A stretch of DNA of 64,000 bases from Octopus sinensis (Eukaryota), in assembly GCF_006345805.1 (NCBI RefSeq), contig NC_043020.1, forward strand, positions 4,588,001-4,652,000, in the 5' to 3' direction. Position numbers and translations under genes: made by a program. The notes beneath the pieces were generated by a model. That model did no database searches and had not been told where the DNA came from. It saw only the letters and a program-made list of their open reading frames with translations. This document shows, one piece after another, positions 27,408 to 40,300 of this stretch (the first letter of the stretch is position 1; each line of letters begins with the position of its first letter).

Positions 27408-27553
27408 GTAAGAGTGGCTACGTAGCTTGCTTTCCAAACACGGTGTTTCTGGTTCTGTCCAACTACGTGGCCCCAATATAGCCTCGGACAGACCAACGTT
27501 TCTGAGTAGATTTGGTACACCGAAACAGAAAGTAGCCCGTGGTATATAGATAG

Positions 27554-27643
<90 letters not shown>

Positions 27644-28994
27644 TATATATTGACAGATATATGTATATATGTATAGATATTTCAACATATATTGGATGGC
27701 CATAATGGGACATCCGACTCACTAGAGAGAGCAGTTAAACTTCAAAAAATCGTAAAATCTATGTCATGTCTGAATAATATATTCGAAAGTTACTTCCTCT
27801 TGCTCATTATAATTTATTAAAAGTAATATAATTATATGTAAGGAAAGTAACTCTGGAAGATGTTATCTAGTTATCTCCCTTCCGAGAGTTAATTTCCCCG
27901 CATATTTTTTTTATTGTTAAATTATAATGTTCAAGGGAAGTAAAGTTGAAGATACTTTGTAGTTATCTCCCTTAAGTATGTAGTTATCGTAATATACGCT
28001 CTGTCGCTCTTAGACTCTTTCAGTTAGTTCACTGTGACCATGGTGGATCACCGCCTTAGTGAAGCAAATCAACCCCAGGAATTATTCTTTGTATGCCTAT
28101 TACTTATGTATAGGTCTCTTTTGCTGAACCGATTAGTTACGGGGACGTAATGTTCGATATACTGATTTAGTAGGTATTTATTTATCGTTAGAATTTCAAT
28201 TATCATAAATTATGGGCTAGGAAAATACTAGAAACTTTTTTGATAGACCTATTGGGGCTCCTTGTGTGTGTGGGACTTTTTATTTATATGAGTGTCGGTA
28301 TTTTCATTTCAGTGTTTGTGTGTGTGTGAGTGTTTTTATTTCTGTGTGCACGAGTGTGTGAGCGACTGAGTGTTTCTATTTGTGTGTGTGCGACACTTAC
28401 AACTACAACAAACACATTGACCATTTGTAAGATACCCACATTTGAGATCACTAACTACTAATACAAATAAGTTCAATTTATTGCACCTTTAGTGGCTTCA
28501 GATGTTGCTCATATTTTTCCCATGTGTCGTCAATGTATTAATTTCACAAGTGGATGACAGAAATTCTAATTCTGGCGTGGAGGGAGCTGATATTCTAACT
28601 GCGAGTGCAAAGCACCCAATGCCCCTCTACATTCTGAATAAATTGTATGTTTATGCTAGTTAGGGTTTATGTGTGAATGTGTAACTGCGTTTTCATTTCT
28701 GTGTGGGTGCGTATGTTTGTGTGTGACTATTTTCATTTCTATTTGTGTGTGTGCATGTGTAGGTATGTAACTGTTTTCATTTCAGTGTTTGTGTTTGTGT
28801 GAATTTTTTTATTTCTGTGTATACGTGTGTGAGCGTCTGTTTGTATGCGACAATTACAGCTAGAACAAACACTTTAGCATCTCTAAGATACCGACATTTG
28901 CAGATCCCTAAGTTCTAAATGAAAAGAAGTTCAATTGCACCTTTAGTGACTCCAGATTTGCGAGTGTTAAGCACCCCGTATCTACATACCTGGA
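25505..28994. repeat. Telomere-proximal duplicated block, paralog of ~110-3060 plus modules of 9890-10260
   Basis: Colinear SINEs, microsatellites and spacer sequence shared with 110-3060. Confidence 0.9.
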
Positions 28995-29832
28995 TCGGTC
29001 TGCTTCTTCATTGACGATTTGCTGGAGCTTGGTGTCATCAGCAAATATGTTCACTTTGCAGTAATGTACGACACTGGAAAGGTCGTTTATGTAGATTATG
29101 AAGAGTAGCGGACAGACCCCTGAGGGACACCGCTGGTGACTTTTGCTTGGCTTGAGTGGACTCCATCAACTACAACATGTGTTGTATTCGCCAGGAAATA
29201 CTTGATCCAGTGTAGAACTTTTCCACGGATTCCAACATTTGCCAATTTTGAGAGTAGGATTTATGGTCTACCCTGTCGAACGCTTTACTGAAGTCAAGAT
29301 ATATGACATCAGAGTTCGAACCTGTTCCCAAGGCTTTGAGTACATCTTCAATGTGGTGTAAGAGCCGTGTTAGACAGTCCCTACCACAGCGAAAGCCATG
29401 CTGATTTGCATATAGGAGTTTGTGGGTCTCCAGGAAGTCAGCCATCCTTGATCTTAACACCCTTTCAAACACTTTTATGAGTGGGAGGTGAGTGAGATTG
29501 GGCGATAGTTGAGTGCGAGGGATCTGTTTCCCTGTTTGAAAACCGGGATGACTGACTGGGATAGAAACTGTTTTGGTATATAACCTGCATGTAACGAATT
29601 TCTCCAGAGGTTGGTCAGTGGGACTGCAAGTTGGTGTTTACATTCCTTCAGGAGACTAACGGGGAATCTATCAGGGCCTACAGCAGAGTAGTATTTGACC
29701 TCATTTATTGCTGCTACGATGTCAGAGGGAGTGAAGGTTATGTCTGCAATTTTGTGTTGGGAGTCAACTTCGTTCGCTTCTCTTACGTCAATATCAGTGG
29801 GAACACTAAAGACAGCAGTATTGTTTCTGCAA
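28995..29832 (-). mobile_element. Duplicated copy of the CR1 fragment (lacks the 3' half)
   Basis: Same 5' truncation point and same flank ('gacagcagtattgtt...caatatatatatatagagagaaacatg') as 4545-6262. It retains IYLDFSKAFDRVDH, which is deleted in copy 1. Confidence 0.9.
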
Positions 29833-30109
29833 TATATATATATAGAGAGAAACATGTATATACATATAGATATTTATATATATGTATATATGTGTGTTTC
29901 GATGTCCCCAAAACCGTTTCACAAGCGATGTCGGTGAATTTTACACTCCATTAACCTATCCGTTCGGGAAAAGAAGACCAACAGAATAAATACTAGACTG
30001 ACGTAGATAAAAGTCCTAGTGTCGATTTGCTCTAGAAAAGGCTGTGCTCCAGCATGGGCACATTGAAATGACTAAACAAGGAAAGGAGTAAAAGTGTTAC
30101 GTCTGAACA

Positions 30110-30905
30110 TTATATTGTAGAGTTAATTAGCTTCCATGACACATTTTGATAATAGTCGTTATTTAAATAAATGTAAGGGAGGTAACTTTTGAAGATTTTC
30201 TTATATATCTCTAGGAGATTTACTCCCCTAGAATATTTCAATTTAATAATAGATAATAGTAATTCAATTAGATGTAAGGGAGGTAACTCTGGAAGATCTT
30301 TTAGTTATCTCCCTTCTAGAGTTACTCCCCTTGAAATTTCAATTTAACAATACTTTCTAGAGTTACTCCCCTTGAAATTTCAATTTAACAATACATAATA
30401 GTAATTTAATTAGATATAAGGGAGGTAACTTTGGAAGATTTTTTAGTTATCTTTCTTTGTAGAGACTAAAAAATCTTCAGAGTTACCTCCCTTACATCTA
30501 ATGAAATTAATATGTATTATTAAATTGAAATGTTCAAGGGGAGTAACTTTGAAAGGGAGATACTAAAAAAAAAATCTTTCAGAGTTACCTCCCTTACATC
30601 TAATTAAATTACTATTGTGTTATTAGATTGAAGTATCAAGGGGAGTAAATCTTCCTTCCTAGAGTTAACTCTCTTGAATACATCAATTTAATAACAAATA
30701 ATAGTAATTGAATTAAATGTAAGGGAGGTAAACCTGGAAGAGTTTTTTTTTTTAGTTATCTCCCTTTTTAGAGTTACTTCCCTTGAACATTTTCAATTTA
30801 ATAATACATAAAAGTAATTTAATTAGATGTAAGGGAGGTACCCTGGAAGAGTTTTTTTTAGTTATCTTCCCTTTCTAGAGTTACTCCCCTCGCATATTAT
30901 TAACT
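30110..30905. repeat. Telomere-adjacent array of ~120-bp hairpin units, including inverted copies
   Basis: Direct units at ~30175, 30276, 30418, 30720, 30830. Inverted 'agagttacctcccttacatctaat' at ~30478 and ~30581. Confidence 0.85.
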
Positions 30906-31215
30906 TTAGGGTTAAGGTTGGGTTTGGGTTGGGGGGTTAGGGTTAGGGTTAGGGTTAGGAGGGTTGGGTTAGGGGTTAGGGTTTGGGGTAGGGTAGGGTT
31001 GGGGTTAGGGTTAGGGTTAGGGTTAGGGTTAGGGTTAGGGTGGGTTAGGGTTAGGGTAGGGTTAGGGTTAGGGTTAGGGTTAGGGTTAGGGTTAGGGTTA
31101 GGGTTAGGGTTAGGGTGTTGGGTTAGGGTGGGTTAGGGTGGGTTAGGGTGGGTTAGGGTTAGGGTAGGGTTGGGTTAGGGTTAGGGTTAGGTTAGGTTCG
31201 GGTTAGGGTTAGGGA
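30906..31215 (+). repeat. Telomeric (TTAGGG)n array with proximal variant repeats
   Basis: Canonical TTAGGG runs (e.g. 31020-31114) with TTAAGG/TTGGG/TAGGG/TGGG variants. The G strand is on +. Confidence 0.97.
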
Positions 31216-31315
31216 NNNNNNNNNNNNNNNNNNNNNNNNNNNNNNNNNNNNNNNNNNNNNNNNNNNNNNNNNNNNNNNNNNNNNNNNNNNNNNNNNNNNN
31301 NNNNNNNNNNNNNNN
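31216..31315. other. Scaffold gap (exactly 100 N)
   Basis: Run of 100 N, the usual placeholder for a gap of unknown size. Confidence 0.99.
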
Positions 31316-34300
31316 GGCGTGCTTTCACTTCACTACCGTGTGCCTTGGGTATGTGCTGTGATTTGTTGTGATGCTCTGATGGTTATTGTATGGAAAGTGT
31401 TCTGCGTAGGATGTGTGCAGTGCCTAGTAGTGCAATTTTCTGTATGTTATATGTGTTTGTAAGTCCTGGTGTTTTGTTATGTATTTGTCTGAATATTTTT
31501 TATCATGCCTAATGCATCTACTATGATAGGAATTGTTTCTGTTTTCAGATTCCACATCCTAGTTACCTCTATTTCCAGGTCTTTGTATTTGAGAGTTTCT
31601 CCATTTCTTTTAGAGACACGTTGTCATCAGCCGGTATTGATACATCAATTAGAAAGCATTTTTTTTCTTCATGGTCTCTGACAACTATATCTGGTCTGTT
31701 GGCCTTAATTTCTCTATCTGTGTGTATCGGCATATCCCAGAGTATGGTTGCTTTCTCGTTTTCTGTGACCTTTTCTGGTGTGTGCCTATACCATCTTTTT
31801 TCTGTTGTTATTCCATAATGTTGGCATAGCTTCCAATGTATGTAGGTTCCAACTCTGTCATGTCTGTGAATATATTCCTTCTTAGCCAGGACTGGGCAGC
31901 TAGAGATAATATGATTTATTGTTTCTTGTCCATCTCCACATATTCTGCAGTTACTTGTAATATTTCTTTTCATTACATGTTTTTGGTAATTTCTGGTGGG
32001 GAGGCATTGGTCTTGTGCTGCAATTAAAAATCCCTCTGTTTCTGCTTTGAGTCCTGAGCTTCTCAACCATTGCTGGGATTTTTCTTTGTCTATTTCTTTT
32101 GCGTTTAGTTTAGTGCAGTATTTACCATGAAGGGGCTTTTCTTGCCATCGTTTTATCATGGCTCGTTGCTGTTCTATTTTTAGTTTGGATTTCATTTGTT
32201 TTATAGCTTTTGTTGTTTCTTCATCATCTTCTTCTTCTTCTTTGTGTTTATTAGGTTATTTTATAGTAGTTTTCCAGCTGTATAAGGCCTCTACCACCTT
32301 CTATACGTTGTATATATAGTCTTTCTATGTCAGATTTTGGGTGATGCATCCTAGATCCTGTCATTATTTTTCTTGTTTTCCCATCTATTTTGGTCAGTTC
32401 ATTTCGTGTCCAGTTAAGGATATTGTAGCTGTAACTTATAACTGGGACAGCTAAAGTGTTGATACCTATTACCTTGTTTTTAGCATTGAGCTCTGTGTCT
32501 AGTATTGATCTAACTCGTCTATAATATTCTTTTTTTATTTTCTCTTTCATTTGTGTGTATGGTGTCTTATCTAGTTCATGGATTCCTAAGTATTTGTAAG
32601 TTTGGCTTTGGTCTAATTCTTTTATTTCATTGGTTTTATCTAGTGTGATGTTGTTACTCTTAACTAGTTTTCCTCTTTTCAGGGTTACTTTGGCGCATTT
32701 TTCTAATCCAAGTTTCATATCTATTTCTTTGGTAAATCCATGAACTGTCTTTAATAGTGTTTCCAGCTGTTTGTCATTTGCAGCGTATAGTTTTAGGTCA
32801 TCCATATATAAAAGGTGGCTGATCGTTTTGCCGTAACATTTATATCCGCATCCAGTTCTCTTTAGCATATTAGATAGAGGTAACAGTGCCAAGCAGAAAA
32901 GGAGTGGAGAGAGCGTGTCTCCCTGGAATATTCCTCTTCTAATGGGGATGTCTTTGGTTTTCATGAGTCCCTCTTTTGTTCGGAGGTGTAGGACTGTTTG
33001 CCATTTATTTATAGAGTGCTCTATGAATTTTATGATTGTTGGTGCTACTTTGTTAATGGCTAGTGTTTCGAGGATCCATGTGTGGGGGATGCTATCAAAC
33101 GCCTTTTTGTAGTCAATCCAGGCCATACTGAGGCCTTTCTTCTTTCTGTGGCTGTCTTCAGTTATGGCTTTATTAATCATTAGTTGATCTTTACAGCCAT
33201 ATGTGCCTTTGCGGCATCCTTTCTGCTCTTCTGGGAACAGTTTGTTTTCGTCCAGGTGCTTGTTCAGCCTTTGTGATATCACTGCAGTAAATGCCTTGAA
33301 CATAGTAGGGAGGCAGGTTATTGGTCTGTAGTTTTTTGGCTTTTCTGTTTCATTTGATTTGGGAATTAAGATGGTTTTCCCCTTCGTGAGCCATTCAGGC
33401 ATTGTCTCTGGCTCTGCTAGTACGTTGTTAAAGTTTTCAGCCAGCTTTTTGTGCATTCCTGTTAGATATTTCAACCAGAAGTTGGGGATCTTGTCATGCC
33501 CAGGTGCCTTCCAGTTGCTTAGTCTTTGCAGTGCCTGGGTGACCTCTTCAGTTGTTATGGGGGTCCAAAGTTGTTCAGATGCCGAGTTTGTTATTCTGAT
33601 ACTCCTTTTTTTGGTGGTTCGTTCGCCAACCATATTTCTCCCCAGAATTCTTCCAATTCTTCTGCCGTTGGTGCTGCAGTGACTTCTATTTTATTTTTGC
33701 CCAGTTCTTGGGAGAAACTTTTGGGGTTGGAGTTGAACTTTTTGTTTTCTTCAAAGAAGCGTTGGCGTTTCTTGTACCGGCGGATCCTTTGTGCTTTGGC
33801 AAGGATATCTTGCTTCAGCTTTTCTTTTATTTCAGGCAAATCTTTCTCTGTGATGTTATATTGCGGAGCATTTTTGTTCTCTTTTTGTTGCTCTGTAGCG
33901 TTGATTGTTTGCTGATTTCATTAAGAATCGACAGGTCTTTTCTAATTTTTTTTATTTTGCTTTGGATGTTATTTATCCACAGGGTTTGTTTGGGTGGTGG
34001 TACTCCTGTTTGGGCGGGTTTGGGTGAGTATCCAGCTTCTTTTGTGGCTGCAGTGGCTGCTGCGTATATTAGGTTATTTAGCTCAGTGATATCACTTTTT
34101 TTTATTCAGTGGCTATCAGTTCAGTGACGGCTAGGTTTATGCTGTTTATAATAGGTGTTGTTATTTTGTTTATTTTGATTCTTGGGAGGTATGGTCGGTG
34201 GTCCATTTTGAGCTCTGTGGTTTTCAGTTCTTTTATTATTTTATTTTTTATATTATCATAATCATTAGGCTCCCCTTCGTTGTTTACATCGTGTTTGTTG

Positions 34301-34887
34301 GGAATGTTGCGTTTGTCTTCGTGTCTTACAGTTTCAATGTTTATATTACTGGGCATTGTTGTGTGGCTTCTATCTACATTTTCCTGGTGTATGTTTTCTT
34401 TTAGGTGTTCTATTTCTATTTCTGATATTTTTTTTGTGTTGAGAATGTATCTTCGTACGTTAGCTAATTTATTAGGGTTCATTGCTGTATCCAAGTCTAT
34501 ATCTCTATTATTTTCCTTCATATTTTATATGTATTGTTGTTGTATTTTCATTTTTTGGGTAGAGTACTGCTGTGAAGTATGCGTGTAAGATAGAAATGTA
34601 TTCCTCACGTGTCCATCTTTTGTTTGGGTTTTATTTGCTGGATATGAGGTACAACGTCCGGCCCATTATTTTGACGGTCGTCATTTTCGTAGGGCACCGG
34701 TCCGTTTATTTCTGTTGTCACATTATTTCGCACGTGTAGATTTTCGTACATTTTTTGTTGTAAGTTTAATGTACGTACCGCTCGATGGTTATTCTTGGGT
34801 TGAATAGTATCGGTGGCATTAAATTTCTTCGTAGTTCCTTTGTACATGGTGTTTGGGGTCGGAGATGATCGTGATGTTCCACGCATG

Positions 34888-34888
<1 letters not shown>
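31316..34888 (-). mobile_element. Near-full-length, disabled R4/Dong-clade non-LTR retrotransposon (RT + CCHC finger + restriction-like endonuclease)
   Basis: N-terminal KRWTREEY motif (~34600). RT at 32251-33633 (YRPITCLP, IFQGDTLSPLLF, LLYMDDLK). CRICG...INHIISSC finger. RLE motif RPDIV...IDVSIPAD...KEMEKL(SKYKDLEIE). The ORF ends near 31383. It carries several frameshifts and an apparent internal deletion near 32250. Confidence 0.92.
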
Positions 34889-34968
<80 letters not shown>

Positions 34969-35045
34969 ATTATTTTTTTTTATTATCATTATAATTATCA
35001 TTATTATTATTATTATTATTATTAATTTTATTATCATTATTATCA
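34889..35045. repeat. (TTA/AAT)n microsatellite abutting the 5' end of the R4/Dong element
   Basis: Direct junction 'acgcatgt|ttattattatt'. Confidence 0.95.
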
Positions 35046-35549
35046 TTCTGTGAATTTACGTATTACATATAATTTACTTAGTGAAATAGTTCTGTAAAAC
35101 TAAATATTATATAATAGTTAGGAGTTTTATTTTTTACATAGTATTACGTTAAACAAATACTTTAATTATTAATTGATATTTTTGTTAATTCAATAAGTGA
35201 GTGTAATATAAAAATATATTGTATTTTGTAAAATTACCTATTTTTATACCTATTTATATTTTCTTACATGATTATATACCTAAATTTATATATTTAATGG
35301 TTTTATTGTTATCTTGAACACGAAGAGTGACTATATTTATATTGAACTGATTTTACTGTCATCAGTTTGAAAATATAGCCACGAAACACGTGTAGTCATT
35401 TTGCCAATTATATTCTTTTTATTTATTATTTTATACGTTACTTAATTATTGGTGTATGTATTTATTGTATATCTTATGTTTTCTATATGGCATAATTTAA
35501 TCATAATAATTTTATTGCATTGTTGAATTCATAAAAGGTGGATCTTCTT

Positions 35550-35554
35550 TAATT

Positions 35555-35644
<90 letters not shown>

Positions 35645-35677
35645 TACATATATATATACTATATATATATACATATA

Positions 35678-35708
<31 letters not shown>

Positions 35709-35810
35709 ATATATATACATATATATATACGTATATATATATATACACATATATATGTATGTATATATATATATATATAATATATACATATATATATATA
35801 TATACATATA

Positions 35811-35841
<31 letters not shown>

Positions 35842-35901
35842 TACATATATATATATATATACATAAAAGTATTACGTATATATATGCACATATATATATA
35901 C

Positions 35902-35936
<35 letters not shown>

Positions 35937-35950
35937 AGTATATGTATATG
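35550..35950. repeat. Compound (TA)n/(TACA)n microsatellite
   Basis: Direct reading. Confidence 0.9.
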
Positions 35951-36130
35951 AAAATTTTCTTTCCGTTATCATAAAACTATTGTTACAAATGATGCAATGA
36001 ACGCAGGACTATGCTCCTGAAAGTAAGGTGCATGTGGCGGCGTTCTATTCACACAATTTGCCGTCGGAGATACAACTCACCACCTAAAATCGTGTTCCGA
36101 AAACAATAACCAGTGATCTGGTACATTAGG

Positions 36131-36203
<73 letters not shown>

Positions 36204-36209
36204 ATAGAT

Positions 36210-36250
<41 letters not shown>
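36131..36250. repeat. (GATA)n then (GA)n microsatellite
   Basis: Direct reading. Confidence 0.95.
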
Positions 36251-36421
36251 TAGGTTACAAATGTGGTGGAGAATAGTAGTGTTTTCTAATCTACATATGG
36301 GTGTTTTCTAAAGAATATAATTTTCGATCTGATGTGATGGTTGGACTCATAGAGCAAAGGAAATCGACACAACAACACACACACACTCAAACACAAACAC
36401 ACAGACACACATACATATATA

Positions 36422-36457
<36 letters not shown>

Positions 36458-37397
36458 TGTATGTATGTATGTATGCATAAATGCGTGTGTGTTTACATAT
36501 ATATATATATATAAAATGTCAGAGAGACAGAGAGAGAAAAGGAGCGAAAGAAGGAGAAAATAATATAAGTGTTTATGAATATTATTATATATGATGATTA
36601 TCATTATATATGACTAAGTATATAATTATACGGTGGCAAGGATCCTCTAAATTCACGCCATGCAATACTGTGATTATGATGCACTACAGAAAAGGAGACG
36701 AGACCATTACACAGGACGCTCCTCTGACGTCCAATAAAAACTTACCTCCAGTTCTCGCCTCTATTAACGTTTAGTGCAGAAGCGATCAACTACAACAAAT
36801 GTAATACCTTTCCAAAGACATTTAAAGCACCGACTGCTGCCAGAATGGAGCAGATCAACAAAAGATCAACAGTTGATCAGCAAAATATCGCCAAAGGTAA
36901 AAGCAAATACTCAAACACACCGACAGAGCAATACTTAGGAAGAAATGCACGGAGTTACCTGTTCAGTCCCCTTCGGCAGGCAAAGCTTCGTACTTCTATT
37001 ATTGCAGTGAACTGAATAAGCGGATTCAGTAATGATTCTTACTTGGATATTATGGAGACTACTAGATGTATTCATGTAGCTATTAGTGTCTATGTATGAA
37101 GAGACCAGTGTTTCCCTGTATCTAATTGTAAGACTGTGTCTTTGGAAATGGGTTTCATTCAGCATCATTATGCATGTCACAACCTCAATATTTACGATAA
37201 TAGTAACGCTGAAAAAAATTCCATTCTGTATTTCCAGCCAGGGAGATTCCACGTCGACAAGATCGTCGATATTTCACTTTCGTTGAGATTAGATCAAGCA
37301 AGACACACCAATCGATGTCAGGATGTGAGAGATGTGAGAATCTGATCGTTTCATACAGAATTTGGAGAGAAGATGTTGCAGAGACTAAAACACTTAC

Positions 37398-40300
37398 CTG
37401 TTGTCGTTGGTTCTTCAGTTGTTGCTGTTGTTGTTGGTACTTCAGTTGTGAATGTTGTTCGTTCTTCAGTTGTTACTGTTGTTGGTTCTTCAGTTGTTAC
37501 TGTTGTTGGTTCTTCAGTTGTGACTGTTGTTGGTTCTTCAGTTGTTACTGTTGTTGGTTCATAAGTTGTTACTGTTGTTGGTTCACCTGTTGTTACTGTT
37601 GTTGGTTCTTCAGTTGTTACTGTTGTTGGTTCTTCAGTTGTTACTGTTGTTGGTTCTTCAGTTGTTACTGTTGTTGGTTCTTCAGTTGTGACTGTTGTTG
37701 ATTCTTCAGTTGTTACTGTTGTTGGTTCATCTGTTGTTACTGTTGTTGGTTCTTCAGTTGTTACTGTTGTTGTTTCTTCAGTTGTTACTGTTGTTGCTTC
37801 TACAGTTGTGACTGTTGTTGGTTCTTCAGTTGTGACTGTTGTTGATTCTTCAGTTGTCACTGTTGTCGGTTCTTCAGTTGTGACAGTTGTTGGTTCTTCA
37901 GTTGTGACTGTTGTTGGTTCTTCAGTTGTTACTGTTGATGGTTCATCTGTTGTTACTGTTGTTGGTTCTTCTGTTGTTACTGTTGTTGGTTCTTCATTTG
38001 TTACTGTTGTTGGTTCTTCAGTTGTTACTGTTGTTGGTTCTTCAGTTGTTACTGTTGTTGGTTCTGCAGTTGTGACTGTTGTTTGTTCTTTAGTTGTTAC
38101 TGTTGTTGGTTCATCTGTTGTTACTGTTGTTGGTTCATCAGTTGTGACAGTTGTTGGTTCTTCTTTTGTTACTGTTGTTGTTTCTTCAGTTGTCACTGTT
38201 GTTTGTTCTTCAGTTGTGACTGTTGTTTCTTCTTCAGTTGTTAATGTTGTTGTTTCTTCAGTTGTTACTGTTGTTGGTTCTTCAGTTGTAACAGTTGTTG
38301 TTGGTTCTTCAGTTGTGACTGTTGTTGGTTCCTCAGTTGTTACTGTTGTTGTTTCTTCAGTTGTGACTGTTGTTGGTTCATCAGTTGCTACTGTTGTTGG
38401 TTCTTCAGTTGTGACTGTTGTTGGTGCTTCACTTGTTACTGTTGTTGGTTCTTCAGTTGTTACTGTTGTTGGTTCTTCAGTTTTGAGTGTTGTTTGTTCT
38501 TCAGTTGTTACTGTTGTTGATTCTTCAGTTTTTACTGTCGTTGGGTCTTCAGTTGTGACTGTTGTTTGTTCTTCTGTTGTTACTGTTGTTGGTTCTTCAG
38601 TTGTTACTGTTGTTGGTTCTTCAGTTGTTACTGTTGTTGGTTCTTCAGTTGTTACTGTTGTTGGTTCTTCATTTGTTACTGTTGTTGGTTCATCGGTTGT
38701 TACTGTTGTTTGTTCATCAGTTGTTACTGTTGTTTGTTCTTCAGTTGTTACTGTTTTTGGTTCTGCAGTTGTTATTGTTGTTGGTTCTTCAGTTGTTACT
38801 GTTGTTTGTTCTTCAATTGTTACTGTTGTTGATTCATCTGTTGTTACTGTTGTTGTTTCTTCAGTTCTTACTGTTGTTGTTTCTTCAATTGTTACTGTTG
38901 TTGGTTCTACAGTTGTTACCGTTGTTGGTTCTTCAGTTGTGACTGTTGTTGGTTCTTCAGTTGTGACTGTTGTTGCTTCTTCAGTTGTTACTGTTGTTGG
39001 TTCTACAGTTGTGACTGTTGTTGGTTCTTCAGTTGTGACTGTTGTTGGTTCTTCAGTTGTCACTGTTGTTGGTTTTTCAATTATGACTGTTGTTGGTTTT
39101 TCAGTTGTGACTGTTGTTGGTTCTTCATTTGTTACTGTTGTTGATTCATCGGTTGTTACTGTTGTTTGTTCATCAGTTGTTACTGTTGTTTGTTCTTCAG
39201 TTGTTACTGTTGATGGTTCTTCAGTTGTGACTGTTGTTGGTTCTTCAGTTGTTACTGTTGTTGTTTCTTCAGTTTTGAATGTTGTTTGTCCTTCAGGTGT
39301 TACTGTTGTTGGATCATCTGTTGTTACTGTTGTTGGTTCATCAGTTGTGACTGTTTTTGGTTCTTCAGTTGTTACTGTTGATGGTTCTTCAGTTGTTACT
39401 GTTGTTGTTTCTTCAGTAGTGACTGTTGTTGGTTCTTCAGTTGTGACTGTGGTTGGTTCTTCAGTTGTGACTGTTGTTGGTTCTTCAGTTGTGACTGTTG
39501 TTGGTTCTTCAGTTGTGACTGTTGTTGGTTCTTCAGTTGTCACTGTTGTTGGTTTTTCAGTTGTTACTGTTGTTGGTTCTTCAGTTGTTACTGTTGTTGG
39601 TTCTTCAGTTGTTACTGTTGGTGGTTCATCTGTTGTTACTGCTGTTGGTTCTTCAGTTGTTACTGTTGTTGTTTCTTCAGTTCTTACTGTTGTTGTTTCT
39701 TCAGTTCTTACTGTTGTTGGTTCTTCAGTTGTTACTGTTGTTGGTTCTGCAGTTGTGACTGTTGTTTGTTCATCAGTTGTTACTGTTGTTGGTTCATCTG
39801 CTTTTACTGTTGTTGGTTCATCAGTTGTGACTGTAGTTGGTTCTTCTGTTGTTACTGTTGTTTTTTCTTCAGCTGTGACTGTTGTTGGTTCTTCAGTTGT
39901 TAATGTTGTTGTTTCTTCAGTTGTTACTGTTTTTGATTCATCAGTTGCTACAGTTGTTGGTTCTTCAGTTGTGACTGTGGTTGGTTCCTCAGTTGTGACT
40001 GTTGCTGGATCTTCAGTTGTGACTGTTGTTGGTTCTTCAGTTGTTACTGTTGTTGGTTCTTCAGTTGTGACTGTTTGTTCTTCAGTTGTAACAGTTGTTG
40101 TTGGTTCTTCAGTTGTGACTGTTGTTGGTTCTTCAGTTGTTACTGTTGTTCGTTCTTCAGTTGTTACTGTTGTTGATTCTTCATTTGTGACGGTTGTTTG
40201 TTCTTCTGTTGTTACTGTTGTTGGTTCTTCAGTTGTTACTGTTGTTTGTTCTTCAGTTGTTACTGTTGTTGGTTCTTCAGTTGTTACTGTTGTTGGTTCT

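Noticed and set aside
31200-31400. R4 element as a telomere-specific retrotransposon
   Set aside because: Adjacency is only across an N gap, and its visible 5' flank is TAA microsatellite, as expected for Dong.
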